A stretch of DNA of 64,000 nt from Felis catus (Eukaryota), in NCBI RefSeq assembly GCF_018350175.1, contig NC_058368.1, positions 170,688,001-170,752,000 of the forward strand. Direction: 5' to 3'. The notes beneath the pieces were generated by a model, which saw only the letters and a list, made by a program, of their open reading frames with translations, searched no databases and had not been told where the DNA came from. Position numbers and translations under genes: made by a program. Shown here in pieces: positions 50,903 through 63,759 of this stretch (the first letter of the stretch is position 1; the number at the start of each line of letters is the position of its first letter).

Positions 50903-53900
50903 TGCTGTTCTAATTTCTGTAAAACGTGAGTCTGGAAACAGATGACATCTGCAAGATTATTACCTCCCATTTACACATTTTTAGAAAGCCTTTGGTAACT
51001 CCTAATCATATGTCCCATATTTGACATAGTACAGGTTTTTCTTTTTGGTTGTCAAATTTTCTTATTACAATATTTTGAAATTGTATCTGCGCTGAACTTC
51101 TCATGGGGTAGACCACTGAACAAGCCCAGGCAGCCCCCTGCTCCATCCTGTGAGGCAGCTAGAGCTGGGCTCTCATCCAGGCCCCTTCTCTTTGCACTTC
51201 CTGCCTTCCTTATCATTTTCTCCATTATTTCACCTAGAGGCTAAAGAAAATGAGAAAAGAGCATGAAAAATGAGATAAAGCATGAGGCAATGAAATAAGC
51301 CGAAATCATAGAAATGATAGCCCAATTGTATGCTAATGTCTGACTCATGGGACTGCTTTGTTTGTAAGATTTGTGAAACAGGATGGGAAAGCGCCCTTAA
51401 TAAAAATAAAAAACATAAAAGAGCAAAAGAACACATGTGGACTGCTTGCAGGTTAAAATGCTTACATTTTTCCTTCTTGTTAATCTGAAAATCTGCCTTG
51501 TCTGGGAATGTGACTTGCCTCTTCCTCTACCTGTTTAAGTTATGTTGAAATTCTAGAACATTAGTTTTGAAGAAAGCTCCTAATGGTAGATACAATTTTA
51601 GTAAAAGTAAAGTCACAGACAAAAAGCGTAAATAATCTTTGCAGTCATAGTCTTTTTGTTGAAGCTTTCTTTTCAAAGAAAAATAATGTTAAATACATGC
51701 CTTATTTTCCTCTACTTTGTTAAAATATATAATCCAATGTCTGCTTCTTGGCCATTGATGCTATAGTGGAAGATGCCATAGATAAACTGCTGAGGAAAAT
51801 AATACAACTGACATTTTTCATTGAATAAATGAGGTTTTTTTTTCTTCAAGTGTTTCTCAGAAACTGCCAAACTTCCAACATCACTTTAAGGAGCTGACCT
51901 ATTTAAATTTTTGCAACCTGTTTTAAATTAGCTTGAGAGAGATGTTATAAAAAATATGGGATTGTAAATGTTGGAATCAAAAGTAGATGAGGTTATTTTA
52001 ACATCACTTTTTAACATGTCCTAAGAATGCTCCTGGTAAAAATTTGAACTGCATATATAAATTAAATTTAGTTGAATGCATATGCATCAAAATTACCAGT
52101 TAAATTGTAGGAAAAGAGAAAAAATAAAGCTGAGAGTCAAAGTGCATTAAAAACACCTCTGTTCTTAAACTCAGTGACCATAATTTTAGATGAGAAATTT
52201 TATTTACCATTGGGAAAATTTGCAGTTTGCTGATTTGCAGTTTGAACTGACCATAATCAAAATCCACATAATGGAAAAGGATTTTATGGCCAATATTTAT
52301 TTATTTACTTATTTGTTTGTTTTTACCCAGAGGTGTTCTGATGCCATTTGCTAGAGGTATGGCTTGCTTCCTTCACCCACTAGGGCATCTTGACTACAGC
52401 TGTGATTTGCTTTCACATATCTCAGGCAAGATCTCTTTGTAGCAGTGATGGAAAAGATTATTTACTGGGGAAAGGCAACAAAAAACTTTTTTGAGAGTAA
52501 CTCCTCTCATTCCGTAAAATGATTTACATACTAAACAGTCACAATTAATATAAAGGTGCACATTTAAGTAATTTCCAATGACAGGAGTTAACCAAGAGTG
52601 ATTCTGTTGATGAGTGCTCATTCGCTCCCACTCAGGTGTTGCTGACACGTACTGACTGGAGTGGCCAAAGGCACCGTGAGTCCTGACTGCATTCTCACTA
52701 TGCCTGGGACCAGAATGTCCCTGAGGAAAAATCATTATTTTCCTTTGAAGGGGGCGTGGGAAAGGACCTAGGTAGGAACATGAATTTTCTTGATAAATGT
52801 AGCTTTCATAGGGGTATCTGGTCTGGAAAGCAGACAGTAAGCAAATGGATTGGATTCTCCCAACTCAGAAAGATTTGGTTCCACTGCTCCCAGCTTCCTT
52901 ATGCCTTATTCCCACTACATTTTGAGGACCCTATTTTAACTAGACTGAAAAACTTAACCTTTACATAAACTGGGTACCATTTACAGATTTTGATTCATTT
53001 CTAGTACTGGACTGAAGGCACAAGCCATTGTAGGGGTTTTTGTTGTTGTTGTTTTGCATACTCGCTGGTTTTTCTTTCTGCAGTTCACTTGCAAAAATAT
53101 TAAATTTAGTTGGTTTTAATATGAGAAGGAGAGAAGTCTCTTTGTACAGTTAAGTATCATTTATTCTGAAGAGCTTTTGATATAATTATTCAATTGGCAT
53201 TCAAATTAGGTGAGGATACTTACCAAAGAGTGAATATTCTTAAATTGTAAAGCCTTGGTATCTTAAACCTTCAAACTACCATTGACTTTAGATGGCAAGG
53301 AAATCTTAAAGAATTTTATATTCTAGGCCACATTCTTCTGTCACTTACTAATAAAATATAGATGTCCCTTAATTGAAAATCCAGGGTTTAAAAATCCAAA
53401 TATATAGAATTATAAGATAGGAGGTGATAACAATGGCTATAGAAGAATATTTTGCTTTATTAAATAATCAGTTCTAAAATAATCATTTATTTTACTGTAC
53501 TTATTAATTTATGGATATTTATCTATAGGTCACATAGTTTGCAGATTAAATTTAAAACTTAATTTCAGAGTCATTCTCTTCGGAGATCAATCCAGAATAA
53601 CAGCAGAACATCTTTGGAATTGAATTGTAGTGCAATAGGAAAATATAATGTGATTTAGAGATGTTCAGTTTGGTTGACTCAGGTTTTAGAAAAAGTCAAT
53701 TATGTAGAATATTCCTGGAATCATTTATACAATGAGAAGTAACAAATTATCTGGGCTTTAGCCATAGATATTGAACTCATTAAAAATGCCTGCTTTAATC
53801 TCGAAATGAAACCCAGTTATTTGAAAGGAAAAGGAAAATATCCATAATTTGAAAGTAATATTTGTTTAACTGTAGGTGAAAAATATAATAATTGAGATGT

Positions 53901-53959
53901 AGTTAACCCTCCATTTGCCACATGGGGTTTATCTGTATTGTGGTAGTATTTGCTTAACT

Positions 53960-54170
53960 TCATCAAATGATTGATTTCTTTATACGACAAACATGTACTA
54001 AGTTCTTACGGGTGCCAAGGACCACTATTCGTGCTGGAGATGTGAATGAGTAAGACTTGATTCCTGAACTTGAGGATCTTTGAGTCTTGTGGGTTCAGAC
54101 AAAGAAGCACACATAGAAGAGTGGTGAGGTGTCACAAGACTTACAGCTGTTGGTTCAGGGTATTGTAGGG
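53960..54170 (-). mobile_element. L2 3' end
   Basis: 'acaaacatgtactaagttcttacgggtgccaaggaccactattcgtgctggagat...cctgaacttgaggatctt'. Confidence 0.7.
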
Positions 54171-55299
54171 GCACGTAGGTTAATGATTCCAGGGCTTTTC
54201 AAATTAAAAATATTCTTTGTTAATAAGCATCCACACTAAATCAATTGCTGCCTGAATGATTATATTAGTTCTCCTGGGTAAAAAGCAGAAAAGGCAACAT
54301 GATCAAAGGCCTGCATTTGTGTGGAACTCTTCAGGGTCTGGAGCCAATATTCTACTCCCTCTCGGGGGCCCCTGGTTACTCTTGGGGGGAATGTGTGCCC
54401 ATTTTTGCTACAATTCACCATCCTCATAAGAACTCATTGAAGCTGAAGCTCCTTAAGTTAAAGCCAAATCAAGACATGAGCTCTGACATCTGGCACTTCC
54501 TGTGTTGACCCTGGTTCTGAGCTATTTACTACCTGCTTAGTTGTGGTAGTTCTTCCCCCGGGGAAGCTGTGGCCTCAAGTGCTCCTGGCTGTAGGTAGGC
54601 TATTTTTGTCTAATCCAACTTGCTTCTATCTGTATTAAGTGCCCCTCAGTCATCATCATCATCTCTTTAAAATGTCTATTCTATTTAATTTTTCTTATTT
54701 TTAAAAAGTGAGCTTGAAATAAATATGAGCTGGGTATAGGACTCAAGACTTCGGGATTTATTCCATCTCCAGGACCAGCAGCAGCCTCGGTGCCATTTGG
54801 AAATGAGGGCAGAGGTTGGTTAAAGGATGATTAATGGGCTGGTGCCTTGACTTGCAGAAAAATAAATGGGAACTCTTGCAAATGCTTAGACATAAATAGA
54901 CAAATAGTTTCTTAGATTAAAAATTGGAGTACAGGACAGGATTCAGTCTTTATAACCTGAGGAGTGTTTACTGACAACTTCTTGAGTATCTTTCCCTGGT
55001 TCATACATGTTACTTAGCCTAACAAGGCATATTTGGCTTCATTGTTTTTGGTGCAGGTTTGAGTTAACCACAGTCATGGCGTCCTGTATTCCAGACTGTA
55101 CAAGGCTTTATTCCCCCTCCACCAGACATCCTACCTCTCTACCTCCACTCCTAGTAAGCCTCTATTCTAATGTGTTTGGTTGATGTCTTTGGAAATTAAT
55201 GTATCATTATAAAATTAAGTGTTTTATGTATAAATATGCATTAGATATACCTAAATGATATTGTGCTACATAGTAAATGAGATGCTGGGATGTTGCCAG

Positions 55300-55520
55300 A
55301 AGTTCAGTAAGGCTCAAAATTGTTATAGGCAGTAATAACAAAAGAGGTGGGCAGGAGCCAAATGATAGAAAGCCTTATATGTCATGCTAAGGAATTTGGA
55401 TTTTATCCATTGGTTCTAGGGGGTTATTGAAAGGTTTTAAAAGGAGTATGACAAAATCAGCTTTGAGACTGAAAGTTACTTTGACAGCAGTGTGCAAGGT
55501 GGTTTATAGGATGTCAAGCC
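55300..55520 (-). mobile_element. L2 fragment
   Basis: 'agccttatatgtcatgctaaggaatttggattttatcc...ttgaaaggttttaa'. Confidence 0.7.
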
Positions 55521-57094
55521 TGACATTTAGTACATAGGGACTTCTCAACAATGATAGCTAGTGTTACTTTTTATGTTTCAGTAATCTCTGTCCTACTGAA
55601 CACAATATAGCTTTTAAATTAAGAGTATGTTCTGACACAATCACTTAAAGAAGGATCTAGTAAACTACAAAAAGTGTAATGGTCTTTTTTTTATGGTAGT
55701 CGAGCTATGTTAAGTCATTGTAAATATACTCCCTTTTCTCAGACGTAAAACAATTATTTGTGTTCATTTTGGGAAGCTTTGTCTAGACTTCTGGTCTGTG
55801 GGTGACGATGAGCCCCTTTAGCTGAGTTCCTCCAACAGCAGCAGTGAGCTTGAAAGATCTCACACATACCTAGTCTAAGAATGGTATTAAAATATAGTTG
55901 AACTTAAATCGTGGCTTATGTGCAAAGAGAATGTTATTGAAGAACCTGTCATCAATCTCTCTCTACTCAGAGCATTGCCTGGGTGAATGTGAGACTCTTC
56001 AGATCTCCCCTTCCACGCCTTCCCTTACCCCCTTTGCTATGGTGAGGAGATGTGGCATAAGGTTGTAATTAGGTCCAAGGCAAAAAGAAAAAAAGATATT
56101 CTAGTTTCTCTTTCTCAGATTTTCTAAAATTGGCTTGTGGAGGGGGCTGCCTGCTGCCATGTGGCAGCCACCACCTGCATCGTTGCTGGCTTTGGAGACT
56201 TGCTATGAGAAAGTGCTGGTATTAGTGTGCCACACAGCTTGCCTTATACCTCCGTGATTTCTGTTTACAGAAGAATTGAGCATTGTGTGGCAAATCTCTA
56301 TAAACAGGTGCTATGTTAAACTGCTCTCTCTTGAGAAGGAAAAATAGTGCAGGAGAGGGTAGAAGGACTACATAATGGGTCAGAGGCTAGTTTGTTCTGG
56401 ACAGTCTGTGGCCTCCACAGAATGTGTCCGGGAACATCCAGGTTTTGCATAGCTAGTATCATACCCTCTGTTCATATGACTGAGCTGTCATTCAAAAGAA
56501 AGTTGAAGGATTCCCTGCTTTTCTTGGGAAGTTTTTGAAAGCCTTTGAATTGTAAATATTATATAAAAACAGCTGTGTTTGCTGTCATCTTTGGTCTCAT
56601 TCCCGTAGTGAATCAATGCGGGAGATTTGTCAGACTTCTCAATCTTCAGTAGCAATGAGTTGTGTTGTGTTGTGTTGTGTTGTTATGGTTTTGTTTTCGT
56701 TTTTTGTTTCTCTGGCATTTTGTCACGGCCAATTCTTTTGGTATACGTAGAAAGCCAGATTAAAAGTTACACCTTTTTTTGGAAAAGTCAAAGAACTAAA
56801 AATATGACATGGATTTCTGCCCTAAAACTGTTAGTCCTTTTCTCTTTAAAGCAAAGCAAATTCCTTGTTTTTTTAATTATGAGTTTGGGTACAGAGAACT
56901 TGTTCATTCCAGGAAATGCTTCCATTTACTGCAAGGTGATGTACTCTGCATCATGGTACAAATGCTTCTCATGCAGCCACGTGCTAGGACCTTAAGATCA
57001 AAGTGGAGGACTCCTCACAGACTCCCGGAAGATGCGGCTTTGAGAGATTGCCAAATAAGCCAGATTGTGGTGGTTACAGACAATGGCTCTACCA

Positions 57095-57648
57095 CTAGAG
57101 ACAACTAAGTTCAAATTCTAGCCTTACCTCTTACTAATTGTATGACCTTGATCAAGTAAGTAACCTCTCCAGGATTCAATCTTTCAATCTTTCCATCTGT
57201 ACAACGGGCATAAAATAGCTAGCTCATAAGGTTGTCCTGAGGGGCACCTGGGTGGCTCAGTTAGTTGGGCATCTGACTGTTGGTTTTGGCTCAGTTTGTG
57301 ATCTTATGGTTTTGTGGATTTGAGCCCCATATCAGTCTCTAGGCTGACAGCACAGAGCCTGCTTGGGATTCTCTCTCTCTCCCCGCCCCCTTCCCCTCCC
57401 CCCACTTGTACTGTTTCCATCTCTCTCAAAATAAAAAAAAAAGATTCTCTCTCTCCTCCTCTGCCCCTCCCCCACTTGTGTTCACTCACTCTCTCTCTCT
57501 CTCTCCCTCCCTCCCCGAAAACAAAAATAAATTAAAATAAAATTTAAAAAAATAAGGTTGCCCTGAGAATTAGATGAGATGACTCATGTAAAGAGCATAG
57601 TACAATGCCTCATCTAGAGTAACTGCTTAATAAGTGTTAGTTATTACT
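57095..57648 (+). mobile_element. MIR split by CAN-SINE
   Basis: 'gttcaaattctagccttacctcttactaattgtatgaccttgatcaagt' left; 'gagaattagatgagatgactcatgtaaagagcatagtacaatgcc' right. Confidence 0.88.
57241..57552 (+). mobile_element. CAN-SINE with two 3' ends
   Basis: TSD taaggttg(t/c)cctga at 57227 and 57553; CT-rich segment plus A-tail present twice. Confidence 0.96.
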
Positions 57649-58239
57649 GAGTTTTGAGAGACCTGGATTTGTTCATAATATTCATGATTCCATTGATTCC
57701 ATCAGGCTCAATCAGAATATCCATAGGTTTCCTTGACTTCTCCTTATGAAATATTCTGGCGTTTCTAGTGATGGCCAGAAATTTCAGGCCCAAATGGCTA
57801 TTACTTCAACTAAAGAATAAAGAGAATTCTGCAGGCTATTCCTTATAAATCTTCTAGAACAGTTCATTAAACTCTCAGAGATATCTCTTGAGTTTAAAAC
57901 ACACAGTAGAAATGAGTTGAGGGCCAACAACCCACTGGTTGATGTGATTTTGTTGGTGGAGGGCCTCTACAACTCTTACTGTACCTTCAATGGGGCTATC
58001 TTTGAAACATTGGCTATGATATATATTTTGGAGACTACAGTCTGTAATGAGACTTCTTTTTTCCATCATTGGGTAAATAGAATTAAAACTAACTTCTTTG
58101 CAGATTTAAAACTCAACTTTAACTTAGACTAAGTATGAAGGATTTGAGAACTATTATTACACCAGATGGATGTCCCTTCTATTCTGAGTATCTGCCTAAA
58201 CAACTTACAATTCTGTATTGGGTAAATCTCATCTTATGC

Positions 58240-58469
58240 TAGGATTTCTCAACCCTAGCATTATTGACATGTTGGGCCAGTAATTCTTTGTTGTCAAGGG
58301 TGGAGGTGGGTGTCATTCTGCGTATTGCAGGATTTTTAGCAACATCCCTGTCCTCTATTATCAATAACAAACACCACTTCACTAGGTTATGACAACAAAA
58401 ATTTCTGCAGAGATTTGTAAATGTCATTTGGGGGGGGGGGGCAAAATCACTCCCAGTTGAGAGGCAGTG
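58240..58469 (+). mobile_element. MER20 (hAT-Charlie)
   Basis: 'tttctcaaccctagcattattgacatgttgggccagtaattctttgttgt...gcaaaatcactcccagttgaga'. Confidence 0.92.
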
Positions 58470-58639
58470 ACTTAACTATATAGCTACTTAGCATAGATAA
58501 TTTTAATAAAGGTAAAGTTATACAGCTTTAACATTGCTGCTTTGAGAAAGCTTTCTTTCTTCCCTTGATCACTGTGTCTTGTTTAGAAGGTATTCATTAA
58601 AGCTCTTCTTTCTTTATACTTACCCTTTTCTGTGGCATC

Positions 58640-59465
58640 AGCCATTACCTCCAGCCACGTTATGTGCAAGTTTTTCCTCTGAACATCTTGACTGGAATTT
58701 TTAGTTTTAAACTCTGTGTATCAGAACCCGATTTAAAACCTCTGTCTCCTAATTCTTTCTCCTTTGTTAGCCATTCTTCCAATAGCTCAGGCTCAAATCT
58801 AATCACCACTGACTTCTCTATCCAGCTGTCTTTGTCCCCTCTCATGTCTAATCGTTCCTAGAGATGACTTTTGAAATCTCTCTCTTACAACTTCCCATTC
58901 TCTCCTCTCATGCTACCACCATCTCCTTTTGTCTCCTTCAGGCTTCTGCTTCTGTGGTGGCTTCTGCAACAGTCCCTCTCCCGCCAATATATCCATCATC
59001 CCTTATCCTCTTATAGCACTGATTTTATTACTCCCATGTTAGAAACCTCAATAACTCCCCTCTGCCTAAGAGACTGATAACAGGTTCCCAGTCTTGGTGC
59101 TTAACTGTCCACACTCTGGCCTCATCTTATTTCACATTAGACCACTCCCTCACCCACCCCATGGAAAAGTTAGCCTAAAAGGTCTCGCTGTTCTTTGTGT
59201 GTGAGTCTTGAATCCCAGCTTCTGAGCTTTTGCTTGCTTCCATTTCCCAGAGTGGCCTTTGCCCTCTTCTCTTTATGGTAAATTCTTCCTATCCTTGAAG
59301 ATAGTCAAATGATACTTCCTCTATGAAGCTTTCCCTAATTCATCACTTTCTTTAAGTTACCATTGCCCTTTATCTGAGCTTCTTCCCTATATCACTTAGT
59401 TTTCTAGCAGCATGCCTGATTAGAGACTCAAGAAGGCTTTTTTGATTAAGTAAGCAAATGAACAG
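58640..59465 (+). mobile_element. L2 3' portion
   Basis: 'gtcaaatgatacttcctctatgaagctttccct', terminal 'ttttctagcagcatgcctga...gattaagtaagcaaatgaa'. Confidence 0.7.
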
Positions 59466-59604
59466 ATGTCTTCATTAACAAATAAAACTTGAAATGTTTT
59501 TCCCTTCTACTGAAAGGTATGTTAGAAAGTCTTTGTTATCAACTAATCTGTCATTATATTTAAGAAATATGAATAGCCACATGACTTTTCTGAAAATTCT
59601 TCCT

Positions 59605-59762
59605 CCCCATCACATGTTAGCTTTGTGACCTTGCTCATATCACTTGACTTGTTTGAACCTCTGTTGTCTCATCTCCTCAAATAGGTTATTGTTATGAAAT
59701 GGTGTATGCAAAGTGACCAATACAGAGCCTGGAGTGTAGGGCTCAATACATGTTAGTTGTTT
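59605..59762 (+). mobile_element. MIR
   Basis: 'ttagctttgtgaccttgctcatatcacttgacttgtttgaacctctgttgtctcatct'. Confidence 0.82.
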
Positions 59763-61609
59763 GTACTTTTCCATTTAAACTATACAAAACGTCTTCTTTA
59801 AGTGGATTTCTTCTGTAAGGATTTCTACAAAATACCCAGTTTACAGACATGACTATGTGCTATTTGGATATTTTACTGTAGTGAAGTCAGAGGGGAGGAC
59901 AGTGAAATGGGACTTAACTTTAATGTATGCTCTTTGAAATTATGTGTCAAATTATATGAATTGTCTTTTTTTAAAAAGTAATTTCTTGCAGTATGGGCAT
60001 ATAAAATGATAGGAGCAGAATCTTGCATATAGAATCCTTAAGGGTGTGTCTTTTCCCCCCATTAGGACAATGTTTTCTTAAGAAGCCACTCCTCAAAAGT
60101 ATAATAGAAATTAATGCAAAAAGTAATCCCGTATTAAACAAACGGTTGTGTTATTTTGGGCAATGAGTCTGTTTAATGTGTAAAATAAGGTCAGATCTTT
60201 TAAATGTAGGATTTGGCTAGTTTCAGACTGTGTAATTTTGAGGAAGAATTAGTGATATCTTTTGATGCTCTTGAAACCACTCATGAAGACTCACCTTTGC
60301 CATCTTTGTTCAAATCCAGATATGACCAATAGCACACCAAAATCCATATAACAGAAAGCCATTTTAATACAGTTCTAACACTTTTTTCATAATCATGAGA
60401 ATGATTATGCAAATTCATTTATTAATAAATAGTATATCATAACCCAATTTTATACCAGTGAAGCCTATCACTGAATAGAAAGTCTTGCTCTTCTTCAGTG
60501 TACTTACAAGGCTGTAATTACAGGAATGTAAATTGCTTTATGTTCTTCTGGAGAATATGAAGTATTGCTCCTGTGCCACATGATACACATTTTACATTCC
60601 AAAGATTGCTTCACAGTTGACCAATAAATTTAATAGTGCCTTTAATTCAGAAAAGGAACAAACATATTCCATCATCTTTTCAGAATACTTTTGTTTTTTG
60701 AAAACTTTAAAAAGCTGATAGTTAAAAAAATACAAAAGCTAATAAATGAATTAATTCTTATCAATATGGTGATATACCCTAATATAATCTTGTGTTTTAT
60801 TTCTGTTCCTGAATATGATTGAAAACCACTAAAATCATCAAGTGAGTGTCTTGTTAATATGTTGAAATCACTATTTCCATCTTCATATTGAACAATATAC
60901 AAATGAGGAAAGTTGACATTTACCAGTATGGGAGAATTTGTGTTTAAAATGAACCAGCAGCAACTATAAACAACTTGAGGGAGCGCTCTCAAATCTTGAC
61001 ATTTTGATGAGGTGATATCAATCTGGGTGATGAAATGTCATTTTCCAAATAGATTTGATATCAAAAAAGTATTTTATCAAAGATGAGAAGAGTGCAATAG
61101 TGGAATGGTAGGACAAATGGATAACATATATGGCTCCATACGGCCATTTCTGTTCCAGACGCTTTGTTTCCTGATAAACGCTTTGTTATCTTGTTTATTG
61201 CTCTATCGACTGGGACATCCTTCCATACCTTATTTGAAATGAATATACATTTGGGTGTCCTTTTGGGCAGAGTTCTTTAAGAAGAAAACTGTTAATTGAA
61301 AGTTTTTATTTCTTCCTCAAATTTGGTAGTCAAAGGGAAAGGTTACTGTTTGCCCAGATAATTAGAAATTTTGCTAGCATTAGCTTTTCAATTGATTAAG
61401 GAGAGAAAGAGTGAGTTATTTTAATTTTATGTACTATTTTCCTTGTGAAATTTAATGACTATTGATTTGTTCAGACTAATTTGAAATATTAACATCATAG
61501 GTGGTGAACAGAACAGGGACTCCACTTTATTGATGAGGCTGTGTCTGTCTGACTAAGGGAGTCTTCAGTTGGGATTCTGAAATCAGATATGCATAGAAAT
61601 TCATTTAGC

Positions 61610-61726
61610 TCCATTTATGTGCCTGACACTATGCCAGGGTCTTTCACATAAAATACTTAATTTAATCCCCATGACAACCCTAGCTGTTGTTGATTATGAT
61701 CTCCATTTTTTACATATGAAGAAATT
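61610..61726 (-). mobile_element. MIR fragment
   Basis: 'ttaatttaatccccatgacaaccc...ctccattttttacatatgaagaaa'. Confidence 0.78.
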
Positions 61727-63759
61727 CATTACTACTTCATTCTTATGTCTTTTCTTCTAAATCTTAAACTCACTAATCCTTTTCCCCCAAGGTGTATAGG
61801 AGAAGCTAAATAATGTTACTCTCAGAAAAAATGATTTCTATTTGTTGATGTTCAGCCAAATGGTAGACCATGTTTTGTTGTAAAGGCCAATCCTGTTTTT
61901 CCCAGCCCACAGCCAGTGGCAGCTTCATCTGGTGGATAGTTTTGATTGCAAGCTGAATGGTTACAAGGGAGCTTCAGTGCCATAGCCCAAATCCTTTTTG
62001 TCTGTGTAAGTTACACATGTTTTATGGCTTTCTTCAGGAAGCAGCTCAGCAGCCTAGGATTAAAGCTAAAGAGGGCACAAAGGAGTTGATCATTTTGTTT
62101 GGCTCATTAGGCAATAATTAGATGCCATTTCTAATTAATGCAGGAAGCAGAATAGACCACTACATTTTAGCCATTAAAAATTGCGTTTTAGGCCAACTCA
62201 AATTATTTCATGACCCTAAGCAAACATTACTGATAATAAAGAGGAAATTAACATTCTCCCAAGGGATTTCCAATCATTTCTAATCACATCAGTGCCCTGG
62301 CATGTGAACTGATACTCTAATGCCTAATCCCCCGCCCCCACCCCCCACCTCCTCCGGTCATCCCCACTCCACAGGAACAGGGCAGGAGATGTCACCAGTC
62401 CCCTGTGGAAGATAAGGCATCTGCTCAGTTGCTTTTCTGTGGCCAGCCTTTGCCATTTCAGTTCAGGGTACTTTGTGATCACCACTGTCCCACTTAAGTG
62501 TTTGCAACCATTTAGTCCCACCCCACCAACATTTGCCCAGGAGGCCCGTTCTGACATTTGGAAACAGACTCTCAGTTGTAACCTCCTTTTCCTTCACATT
62601 TTCTTTGAAGAATAGAACACCGAGGTGGCTTTTTCTTTTAACTCTGAGTCTCTGATAGAAGTTGAGTGATTGATCTTCCTCCAGCTCTGTGCATGCTTAG
62701 CTTTAAATGGATAATGAGGTAAAAGCGTGAAGATGCACAGAGAAGATTCTTCGACAGTCCTAGATAGTGTCATGTTTACCCAGAGAACTCTGTTATTTGT
62801 ATAAATTACTTGTCTTAAAAGAAATAGTTTTCTTAGGTTACATTATGGTTATATTATTAAAAGAAAAACGGGTCCAGAGCTTATAGTGTCTCGGTGTCTT
62901 ATGGGCATTGATAAATCACTGGGAACAAGGAATCTATAATTTTAGTTAACATGACATTTGCAAGGAATAGGAGTAGCAACGTTCTGATCTATTTCATAGC
63001 TATTTAAATGTTCCCTGGAAGGCTGAGTGAGAACAAAGAGCAGAACAAAAAGTAAAGATATTTACTTCGGCACTGCAAATTGAGTCATTTTGTAATTGGA
63101 TCCTGATATGGTTTGTGTTTTGAGGATTAAGAGCATTACAGGAATTCATTTTGAAATTTCTAGCTTGTTTAAGTTTGTCTCCTTTGCTTTTGCCCCAAAA
63201 GCAAAATGCAGGAAAGTTACAGAAGAGACACTGAAACAACAACAACAACAACCAAGGAAATTCTGCCAAAAAGACATAAGAACTCAGAATTGAGGAAACC
63301 TCAGCCTTCCCAGTTTGTTAATTCTGATATCAGCAGGAAGGAATAAATAGAGCCTATTAATGCAGTTGATAAGTTAACATGCTAGGAGGATTTCTACCCA
63401 GAAACTAGAGATGCTTGTAAAACGGGGCAGGCTGATGCAGGGGCTGGATATACCAGAAAATGAATGTAAAACTTCAGAGTTACACTATACTGCAATTTGA
63501 AACATTTAGGTTACTTTTCGGGCATCCATTTGTGCTTAGGCAGATCTGTTTCGTAGACTCTTGTCTCAGAGGGTATGTTACTGCCAACTTCCCAAAGTGT
63601 TCAATTGGTATAAAGTCATGGTAAAGCTTGTTTTAAGAAAGAATTTGGGTTTTCATAGGAGAATGAAAGCACTCATTTGTTTTAAGCTTGGACCTGTAAG
63701 AAGTGTTTTATAGTATTTGTTAAATAAATGAAAAAGAATCATGTGTATCAATCAATAAT

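Noticed and set aside
56271..56307. Possible 37-nt exon (tttacag|...RIEHCVANLYKQ|gtgcta)
   Set aside because: Weak donor and unrecognised peptide.
60289..60375. Minus-strand YLDLNKDGK (EF-hand-loop-like) ending at an AAG|gtgagt donor
   Set aside because: No polypyrimidine acceptor upstream, the preceding residues do not resemble an EF-hand helix, and there are no partner exons; likely chance.
61770..61870. Branch point + acceptor cactaatccttttcccccaag
   Set aside because: Stops in all frames immediately and only a poor donor (gtagac).
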